DNA of 63,554 bases, counting the filler, from Choristocarpus tenellus KU-1152 (taxonomy: Eukaryota > Protista > Phaeophyceae): assembly GCA_964200185.2 (NCBI GenBank). It is 6 parts of 6 records of this genome, joined end to end, with 100 filler letters (N's around TTAATTAATTAA, not from the genome) between each part and the next. Parts side by side here need not be neighbours in the genome. Positions count along the whole stretch, not along the records: positions 35,407 to 63,554 come from CAXNAD020000131.1; 5 more parts are not named here. One strand, written 5' to 3'. Position numbers and translations under genes: made by a program. Shown here piece by piece: positions 53,182-63,554 of this stretch. Numbering within the stretch: position 1 is the stretch's first letter; each line of letters opens with the position of its first letter. Below the pieces are notes generated by a model that saw only the letters and a program-made list of their open reading frames with translations, had not been told where the DNA came from and made no database searches.

Positions 53182-56100
53182 ATGAAGGATGATGTGGAAA
53201 AGGATTCTCCTATCCCCTCCAAACACCCTAACAGGTACTTGTTGAAATCCCCGAATCCATTGCCTTCGAATACATATTGCCTCTTCTTTCCCTCATAGGT
53301 TATTGTACCGTTGTTGCAGGGAACTTCATGCGTACTCAATGTTTTGGAAAAGTATTGAAACCAACACCAGTGCCTTCTTCCCTTGACACCTTCTGTACTT
53401 GAAACCAGCCTGTCCCTCTCTTCGATAAAATCGGGACGCTCCTCCGAACTAGGCGAAAGTGCACCGGATTCTTTCTCGTGAGTATGGGATATGAGTGCGA
53501 GATTATGGTCAGGTGTCGAGGTGGTTTCTTGTAGAACACTGAAAACCTCAGGTAGCGGTGGGAGCGTTGTCCAGTCCCTGTCAACCGCACAACCTAGACC
53601 AGGAGTGCCCAACTTGACTCGGGTTAGCGTCATATTTTCTGGGTAGTTGAGTCTTATTGTTGTGTATAAACTCATTGCATTGGTTAGGGATTGTTTATCC
53701 TCCCGAAACTCATTGACCATCGTATTGCTGCTAGTTGGTAATATTTGATTTTGACCGGGCTTCCATTCTTGATTTCTGCACTATGCCCTCAACTACTCTA
53801 TGGAGGTCAATGGATTTCTACCTCGAAATACTCTCAATGCGTGCTTGATTTTTTTCTCTGACCTGCAACAAGTAGTCGTGTATTAGTTCACACAACCTAG
53901 TTGGTATTTTACCCCCAACCTTATCTCCACTCGTAACTTCCATCCCCCTTTGCCTGTTCCAAACCTTTTCCCCCCTTTCTCCAAATATTATATACACTAT
54001 ATCACGTAAAGGAACAGGCCTAGTATTGGCTCGCGGGATGGACATCAATCACGCACCTCATGGTCAAAGCGTACCGGATCGAATTATTCGTGGAGGCGCG
54101 TTTCTTTTGGAGGTGTTGCCTCAGGGCGTCGTCGTGATCGTGACCGCGACCGCCGTGGTTTCAATCTACGTTCACCTCCGTCACGCCGTATCTCATTGAT
54201 TGGGTCAGGAGCGTTGGTGGTTGAAGGCGAAGATGGGATGCAGGAAGGAGGATTGTCCAACAGTGGACGGCACCCGATCAAATATCAGTTAGCCCGACCG
54301 GAGAATGCCAAGGTTGTGGAGGTAAGGTAATTTCCTCAAGGTACATCATCTCTGACAAGGTTGGTTCTGTGCACATTATTTCATTTTCAGTTCTAATGCG
54401 CTGTCTCAAGTGGTTGGACATTGACCCACACAGGAGGAGTAGCACTGCCCCAGAATGGGTAAATGTTCTCAAGTCTCGAGCAAGACTCTTTGCATTGCGC
54501 AAATATTTTCCGAAAACTGTTTTGGCCTATACTGTACTAATCTGATTTGAAACTTTTGCTCAAGTTGAAGTCTCAGCAAGATGGTTTGCGGCTGGAGCCT
54601 GCCTCCTCAATGTTTGGCTTCAATGTAAGCTTACCCTGTAATGACCATGTGTCATATATATATATATATACATATTAGGTGCAGAATAACAAGGATGTTG
54701 ATGCTAATGATGGCCAAGGCACGGGGGGCAGTGATGGTCAAGTGATGACAACAGGCAAGGGAGACAATTCAGTTAGGCAAATTGGATGTCAGGTGTCTGG
54801 AACATCTAATCTTCATGGCTATATTCTGACACAGGCAGAGAGAGCTGCGGGAAGGAGCCAGCCTGGGAAAGTTCCATCTTCCCCTCTTCGGCGTGGGTGA
54901 GCAGTCACCAGAATCATGGTGCAAAGATTTTGACCCATGTTACTATGTGGGTATTTCCTGCACTGTGTTGATGTTTCTTCCTTGTTAGCGCCATGCTCTC
55001 AATTCTATATACCCAATTCTCCCTGATTTTATACATCGCTTGCTATTGACCTCATGAGCATAGACCAGACCATTATGCACTCTATGTGCTTTGTATCCTA
55101 CTTTTTTTAAATATGTGCTGCCCACCCCCCTGCCCTGCCCATGCTTGCAGACGGAACCACTCGTGGATTCCCCCTTCGTCGTCCTCCATCTCTCCCGCCA
55201 AGGTGCAAACAGGTCCTTTTTCTGCAGGACAGTCAAGAGCAGGTTCGCCACTGCAATCACCATCACCATTTTCACCTTCCAACCTTCAGTCTCAGATAGA
55301 ATTGTCTCTAGCAGAGACATCTAGGGAGGTAGGGGGTGGAGGAATGACACAGGTAGGACCACCTGAGGGTGATGTTGAGGAAGAGGAGGAAGAGTCAAAG
55401 CCAGAGGCAGAGCCAGAGGCAGAGCCAGAGGCAGTAGAGGTGGTTGTAGAGGGGATGGAAGTGAAGGAGTGCAGTGTGAAAGGACAGACTGAGGAAGAGG
55501 AATGGCAAGGGGGAAAGGAGGAGGAATGTGAAGGAGTGGAATTACATCAAACAAATAAGAGTCCATTTACAGAAAAGGCATCACTGTTGGCACTGGCACG
55601 ACTACCAAAGTTACAAGAGTTCTGTTTTGACAAGGATGGTTCTTTTGGGATTGATGCGCGGCGTCTGGTTGTTGGAAGAGAGATTGCACGTGGAGCATAT
55701 GGGGTTGTGCATGAGGCGGTGCTACTTGAGCATCCGTTGGGGGTAACTTTGGAAGGTGAGATTAGTGTGGGCATGTTTGCGGCTGGTGCTTAATCAGGTT
55801 AACTGCCTATGTTATTTCATTGGTATGTGTTGAATTCTACCCCCTCAAAGGGTGTTCAAGGCTCCACGATATTAGTTGAAGTAGGTGCATGTATTTAGCT
55901 ACCCACTATGGGAGTGTGCACTGTCTGTTGGTGGTTTCTTGTACTTTTACTTACTTACACTTTTTGAAGTGTATGTTGCTGCAGGTCTGCTGCATGTGAT
56001 TGTTGATTGAAGTTTGCAAGGAGGGTCTGCAAGGGACTTTGATTGCATGTTATGGGCTGATTTCTGATTTTTGTATTGTATGCTATTTGATCTGTATCTG

Positions 56101-59100
56101 CATGTACCAGCCATGAGTGATGATGTCAGGGGCTCCACCGCTGGCACGTCCACCAGGGACTTGAGAGTTGACATTGATGGAGAAGATATCAATCAACACA
56201 GTGAAGAGATGAAGGGGGGCAAAGGTACTAGTGAGAATGGGATGGGGGGTGTAGAAGAGGAACCTCCAGCAAAAGAGGTGGAAAATCATTCCAGGGTATT
56301 GGGGGAAGGGGAAGGAGGTAACCATACAAAGCAGAGTGGTATTAAAGTACAGAAAGGGAATCACCAGGAGGGAAGTGGGATGAAAGTGGCTGTCAAGATT
56401 CAGCAAGTACCGCCTGATGAGGTGAATTTTATGTGTGTTAATACTTAATTGTTAGTACTTAATGTTCTCTCTCTCTCTCTCTCTCTTTCTCTCTGTGAAG
56501 TATTAATCATACATATTAGTGGCGATTGATTGTTTGAGCAAGCAAGACATGCTTATATATATTTATATATATCTTAGGTTATTGAGTGATTGGGTGTGAT
56601 GCACAACATCAGTTAGAGGGTATTTGTATAGGACTAATAGTAGTAGTAATGGTAATAGTTATTATGATACATGGTCTTGCCATTGTTGATTGTTGACTGC
56701 TGACTGTTGATTGCTGATTGCTGATTGTTTGGGATTTGATGTTGGGGCCTAATGCCTGCAGGAGGAGCAGGCTAATTTGATTGGAGAACTCTCAATGCTT
56801 CGTAATCAGGTACATCCACACCTTGTCAACTTCATTGGGGCTGCAGTTGCAGCGGAGAATGGGATGAACAAGGTAAGGGCACAAGAAGAGAGCCATGGGT
56901 CGTAACATGTGGGAAAGATCACTTCTATTGTCCAAATATGTGTTTTTTGATCTGATTGAATGCTGGATATGGCTAAGATAGTGATACTACTAGTAGTACT
57001 TGTAGACCATTGGTGACCTGCTGGGTGATAGTATCTCTGTGAATAGATGTCACCTTAGTGTTAGTTTAGTGTAGAGGTTCTGTGAAGGGTAAAATTGCTT
57101 CAGTATGTACTGTGTGTACTATGTAGTAGGTACATACTATTACAGTTATACTCTCCATTGCAGAAGTACCATAGTCTTTGATCTTTTCTGATAGTTTAAA
57201 ACAGGATTACCAGGTATGACCAGCCGTAGGGGAAGTTGAGTGGAGTTGTGTTGGGCATATTTAGTACACTTATGTTCAATGGTGCTCCCAAAAGACATGA
57301 CAAATTGAATGTAAGTGTTGAAATACTTGTGCAAATATGTAGGTGATGGTTGCTATGGAGATGTGTACTAATGGAGCATTGCGGGAGGCCCTTAAATTGC
57401 ACCTGTCATGGCCGTTAAAGGTAAGTTTCAAGGGGAAAGAGGCATTCATCATGGCTATCTGTCAAGTCCAATATTGTATTGGTTTGATGTTTGCATGAGC
57501 TAATTGCAGTCCTTGTCTAATACATGTTGGTGCTCTCACGAAGCATTCATTGTCTTCTGTCTACTTCTTGATGGTATGAGGTGGAGGCGCATTGACTGTG
57601 ACCAACTGTGCACTAATCCCCCTCCAATATGGTGATAGCCAATTGGTATTGTTTTGTGACATGGTGATGTGTGATGTGTGAAGTGTGCCAGTTTGTGACA
57701 GTGTCGACCCCACTTTCTTGCGCTGGCTCTTTGAGATGATTGCAGCTTATAGGTTCTTGTCTTACATTGTCCTAGTCGACCCTACTTATCACCATTTGTT
57801 CTTGTGCTTGTGGCAGGTTGTTGGATGTATCATACAGTATGATACACCCTTGACTTCTTGTTTACTCAGGGAATAACCATCACCAATGACCGATCACCAA
57901 GTTGTTTTACAAGTAGAGATAGTCATCTGTATGATGAGCTGCCAATAGTCATGTTCTTAATGCGACAGGTGCGCATTGCTCTAGACATGACCTCTGGACT
58001 GCAGTACCTTCATGAGCAGGGTATCATCCACCGTGATATTAAGACTCCAAACGTGCTTGTGGATGCTGAATGGCGAGGGAAGCTATGTGACTACAACTTC
58101 GCCATTGATGAGTCTAGTTCCATCAAGCAGGCACGTCAAACACTGTCATGACATGTCGTTTCATCATCTATTAAAATGCTTTTCACTTCCCTTGGCATGG
58201 TATTGATATTGATTTACAGACAAGACACCCTTTATGTTAGCATTGGCAAGGCAAACACAATCAGGTTTTAACATTACACAGACACTTTACTAGCGTCTTA
58301 ACTGGTTTGTTGCCTTTGTAATGACTATGTTGCATGTGCAGGATTTTTGTGCAGGGACAGAGGAGTTCATGTCCCCTGAGGTACTACTCTCTGATGACTA
58401 TGGTACACCAAGTGATGTGTTTAGTTTTGGTATCATCATGGTGGAGATGCTTACTGGCATTGAACCTAGCTGTGACTTCCCATCAAGACCCCCCCAGGTA
58501 TGCAATGCCATAGGTTTGAAATACATTTTTTTTAAAGTAGGTACCCTCTCTCCCTGATTGTTACTGTAGGTAGCTGTTAGTAACTGTTCAAAAGTCTAAG
58601 GCAACAATGTCTGTGTGACAATAATGTCTATGTGACAACAATCTCTATGTTATATCCTGAAATCCTTGAAGATGAGCTGTGGGTTAGAATAGTAATAGTA
58701 AATCAAGCACCACGCACCATAATAAATGTGATAATTTTGATACTCCATGCACCAGTGGACCCTCCTGTCAAGTTAATCTCTTTACCTCAAGATTGGTTTT
58801 GGCAATGCCTTTCACAACTCTCCCTTTGGTCTTCTGTCTTTTCACAGATCTAACCATAACCCTGACAATAGACTAATAATGGAGTCAACGTATCTTAGAG
58901 GGTAGAGCTGTGTCCATTTGGGGGACAAAATCCAATGTTGCAATNNNNNNNNNNTGATGTAATTTTGGCTATCATGTTTTTTAGGAGATGTCAATATCCT
59001 TGTTCCAGACACACCTTTTCATAACGTATACATTTCACCTACCCCAAAACATTTTGGAGATTCATAACTATGACCATAACTATGACTATACAGGAGTGCT

Positions 59101-62100
59101 TTGCTGTGGATGAGGATGAGGTGCGGGCAGCGTTGTTGCCAGGATGTCCTGATTCACTTTCACTTCTACTGTCCCAGTGTCTGTTTGGTGAACCTGCCGA
59201 TAGGCAAGTTTGTACCATGGAAAGGCACTTCCACACCTCATGTACCCTCCCTATCCATCCATAGTTCTTGTGTGTGCGTTATGTGGTTAGGTTTAGGGTT
59301 AGGGTTATGCTAGGTCATGCTTTTGTCGTATTGTAAATGATCATTATAGTCCCTTTATGGTTACCTGATTTTGTAGTATTGTCTACTTGTAAGGTGTCTT
59401 TCTTCACTTCACTTTCCTTTCATGTGTTTACTCTGTCAGTCTTTATTATTGTTGACACTGCTCACTGTTATAGCACACCTCAAAACATATCACATATCAC
59501 ACATCACATGTTATACCTTGGATTTGGTGCCACTGCACATTTAGATTATAGTATGGAGGGTCCTTGTGCACCAAAGCAAATAGATCAATATATATATATA
59601 TACTATTTTTGTTAATAATTGGTGTGTATTTATAATCTGAATGATAGCAGCTGGTACTGCAAATTTTCCCTATCAAGATGTGTCTCCAAATGTACAATTT
59701 TATGCATTACATTTTGTTCTAAGGTAGCTTATAGTGCAGTGTAGTGTAGCATAGTAGTATAGTATAGTATAGTATAGTATATGTCGTTTATACCTGAGCA
59801 TTGCTCTCTGTGACGCTCTTGATCCTGTTTAATGCTTTCTCTCAGGCCATCTGCTGAGGATGCTCATGGCTGGCTAGAGGACCTTCTTTCTGAAATTGGT
59901 GGAGACACGGTGTGTTGATGTTTTAATGGTGATGATGTGATGTTTGAATGGTGGGTGGGTGCTTTGTAATTTTATGAGGTACTCCAACAAATATTATTAT
60001 TATATTATTATTATCATCACCGCTACTATTTGGGCGAGAGTTTTTTTTTGCATGAGGTATGTTGATATGTACCATTTTCTGGTAATGTTCTGATTGGTAC
60101 TTGGTGATGTTGAAGCATGTTAACAACTGCAATGGAGTGGGTATGATATTGTAAGGTATTGTAAGGTATTGTAAGGTACCTACGTATGTTGAAGATTCTG
60201 AGCCTTGTTAGAGGCATTAGTATCTTATCCTGTGACCTTGATGAGAATCCACAATCCCTCAGGTCTTTTGGGGCCCCACAACATCAAATATATATTTTAA
60301 TAATTGTCATCCAACTATAGTATTGCACTTGCTACAAACACCTATTGTACCTCTTCCCAACCCTGTGTGATACTGTATGTGGTTTGTTGACCTGACCTGT
60401 ATGTATTTGTAAGGGGCACTTGTACACACAAACAGTATATCCTGAGGTAGGTGGCAATGTAGATACATTTTTACTCATTATGGTTGGCTTCTGAGACTAT
60501 TATTATTATCATGTTATATTATCTGAGACATCCTTTACCTTCACTCCAGTGCAACTGATGTACCTTTTTATGTCCTTGTTTGTCACCACTGTACCTTTTT
60601 ATGGCATTCTTCCTCCCCATTGGTGTCCAAAACCACTGCTGTGACTCAGATTCCTCTCCCTGAAAGCGGTCCGCCAATGCCAGTGTTGACAGAAGGTGCT
60701 GCTCATGCAAGGGAGGGTACTTTCATCACTCATAGCCCTAAGGTTTGGTTCAGACGTGATGACTGACTGACTGACTGCCTTGATGGTGTTGTAGGTTAGC
60801 TGTAGACTAGTGCTTAAGAGTGTAGCACCATTCCCATTCTATTTGATTGTATTGTTACTTGGTTATTGTATTGGTGTATATAGGCATGTGTATACTAATT
60901 GTTGTCAGTAGAGTGGTTATCCCAAGCCAACAACTGACATCACATTTAACACTGACCTTCCCCTATTGGAGCAGGGTAATCAACACTGGTTTGATCCGGT
61001 GGAGTTGGAGGAGATGTTGGGGACCATGGTTGAGGATACGGTGAGAGCCTTTCACTGTTGAGGTATTGGATTTGGTATGGTGCGTTACATATCAAGTATC
61101 TTCTTGTGACTGTAAGGCATACTTGATGTTACTGTTATAGTGTGGTTTTTTGTTTAAATGTTGTGTAGAACCTGATTGTGGTGGATGGTAGAGGATTTTC
61201 TTGTATTGATAGTATTGATAGTATTGCTATGTTGACTTTTTGTAATCTTATCATCTTCTTTTTCTCTTCATGACATGCTTGTCACATACATCAATCATAT
61301 ACTACATGAATAGGAAATTGATACTCTTTTTTTGGACATGTCCACGCTGGGTGCTGGAGTAGAGTTAAGTAGAGTTAAGTAGAGTTGCGTACATTGGCAG
61401 GTGAAGCAATAGAATAGGTAATCTTAATTTTTAAAATACACTACTTTTCCTCTATATCCTAGATACACTAATAGAGTGCATCTGGCTCCAGAGTCACATA
61501 GCTATCAACTGACAAGTTTCAGTAAGGGGACAAAACTGTAGTGTGAGATAACTATATTGCTTGCTTCAATTTTTTTCAAAAGTTTAGTTTTTGTTATGAC
61601 AACTCAGGACATCAGTGGTGCCAGCTGTGACATGACATAATGTTGGTTTACCATGATAGCTAGATACAAATACTGTTTCACACCCACATGCTTCTGGATT
61701 GGGCATGCATATATTGATACTTCCATTGATACTTCAGAGCACATTTGAACAACAAAAAAAGAGAAGATAGGGATGTTGACCTTGAGCACCAGTATACTTT
61801 TTGCTCTGGTTTTTTCTGTTCTACAATTTAGTGTTTTTTTATTTCATAGTTGTAGGACATTGGAGCTTGGAGAAAGGGGACTATAGCCTTGATGTGCATC
61901 TAACACTATCAAAGTGTTGACGTATTGACTGAACTAATGATGGATGTCCATACCAATGGTCTATTAGTAGTAGTTGGTCTTGGTCTACGTACTGTACCAA
62001 AAATAAAAATATCTATACAATACTGAGTTTGCTGTTGGGATTGGAAGGTGAATGTTGAACTTAAAGTTGGAATGCTGTATTGTGTATTGTGTTTTGTGTA

Positions 62101-62867
62101 TCTTTCAGGTGGAACACATACTCAAGGAGAGGGATCAAGCGTATACCCTTGCCACTGCGGCTCTCTCTGACTCAAACAGGGATAGCCAAGACCAGCTGAA
62201 GGCAATGGAGCAGGAACTGCAGGTGGGTTGTGATTTACTTACAGTGGTGTTGGTTTTGTGGTGGGTTGACTGATGTCACTGGAGCCATTGCTGAGTACTA
62301 TGTGAGTACATCTAAATTTTGTGATGTCCCATGTTTTAGTTACTTAGGGTTAGGGTTATTAATATTAATGGTGGGTTATGAATATTCGTTATTGATTGAC
62401 TCTTGTATGACTATAGTATAGGTGTTAAATACTTAAATGCATGGTCTCTGTCACATTACATTGGTTAACTGTACTTCCTTGTGTCCTGGTACTGGTACAG
62501 GTATTGGTGTTGGTACTGGTATTGGTATTGGTATTGGTACTGGTATTGGTACTGGTACTGGTATTGGTATTGGTATTGGTACTGGTATTGGTATTGGTAT
62601 TGGTGTTGGTACTGGTACTGGTACTGGTACAAGTTGATGGAGTAATGAGATCAATGAGAATGTTCACTTGCCACACAAGCTTTCTGTTAATGCTGGTACC
62701 AGTACCAGTACCAATACCAATACCATGGCGACTAATCACAACTATCGTGTGGAGTATGACAGGTTTTGAGGGGAGAGGCGTTAGAGAGAGATGCTCGGAT
62801 GAAGGACCTGGAGTTGCAAACACTACGCAACTCTGCTACACTGAAGATGCTTTCATCAGCACTCGAG
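53182..62867 (+). CDS. TKL-group (LIMK/TESK-like) protein kinase with C-terminal coiled coil; 3' end not reached
   Basis: Tentative 5' exons 53182-53234, 53409-53477 and 54012-54321. Then 54679-54896, 55151-55755, 56111-56421, 56762-56872, 57343-57420, 57969-58130, 58342-58497, 59094-59203, 59846-59909, 60650-60742, 60975-61040, 62109-62222 and 62763-62867. Motifs: IARGAYGVV, VAVK, HPHLVNFIG, HRDIKTPN, CDYNFA, GTEEFMSPE, DVFSFG, PGCP..DRPSA. Confidence 0.88.
58882..59059 (-). mobile_element. MITE family B, truncated, in kinase intron
   Basis: gagtcaacgtatcttagagggtagagctgtgtccatttggggg...gatgtaattttggctatcatgttt; contains a 10-N gap. Confidence 0.8.
62487..62724. repeat. (GGTAYT)n hexamer array plus downstream inverted copy
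   Basis: About 24 units at 62487-62630; reverse-complement units at 62696-62724. Confidence 0.9.
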
Positions 62868-63511
62868 GTGATCAAATCAAATATCACAGTGTTAGATGTA
62901 CAAATCATGGAATGTATGCTCTAGGCAATATTTATGTATCACCTTTGTTTTTAGTTTTAGGTAGGCAGGTAGTTAGGTTTAGGACCAGAGTTAGTTTTGA
63001 TAGTTTATGACCCTGAGTCTGAGGAGTAAAGTTTTGCATGTAGTGCGTGTACTTTATTGAGTTTGCAGTTGACAATCTTGTCTAGCCTAACATGTGTGGT
63101 ATTGTTACTAATGTTGATTACTAACGTTGTTGCTTGTGTTTGACTGACTGAGGTATTGTACACAGGTTAGATTATTCAATATGGTCAATACATTTGTCGA
63201 AGGCTGGTCAGTTGCATTTCTATTGGATATTGTAAGGTTTGGCTATTACCTTGGTACTGTATATGTGTATGTACTTTGATACCAAGTAGCCAGTACACAT
63301 TTGTCTATTTGTTGTAGGACTATTCATAGTGAGACTGGTGTTGGATTATAATTTTGTGTGTAACCCTATGAAAGGTACTAACTGGTATACACTAATGTGG
63401 TTAGTGTATACTGTAAGAGTACTTGAGGTGGTCTTTGTATGGACACCTCAAAAATGTTATGCAGCTTCAACGAATATTGTTTATTATATGATATTATTAT
63501 GACGTCATACT

Positions 63512-63554
63512 TGGTCAACGTATCTGGGGGGGGGTGTCGGCGTCCGTTTTTCAC
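63512..63554 (-). mobile_element. MITE family A terminus at window end
   Basis: tggtcaacgtatctgggggggggtgtcggcgtcc. Confidence 0.6.

Noticed and set aside
62425-63010. Long VL/GI/TN/PI-repeat ORFs
   Set aside because: Translations of the hexamer microsatellite; the real exon is 62763-62867 in another frame.

Overview
Eukaryotic, intron-rich, AT-biased genomic DNA. It is most consistent with a photosynthetic stramenopile or brown-algal lineage (inferred from EsV-1-7-like repeats, TTAGGG tracts and a flagellar IFT gene). The window is not continuous: six contigs are joined by 100-nt artificial N-TTAATTAATTAA-N linkers. Spliced genes reconstructed by hand: a partial OSCA/TMEM63 (CSC1) channel, a small hypothetical gene, a 3-exon biuret hydrolase (BiuH) strikingly like bacterial enzymes, a 3-exon secreted orphan, a tentative CxxC..CxxC gene, a Trm11-like methyltransferase with a signal-peptide-like N-terminus preceded by decayed EsV-1-7 repeats, IFT46 (11 exons) and a LIMK/TESK-like TKL kinase with DYN in place of DFG. 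About 21 copies of two related MITE families with shared TIRs fill introns and intergenic DNA. No tRNA, rRNA or CRISPR array could be supported.
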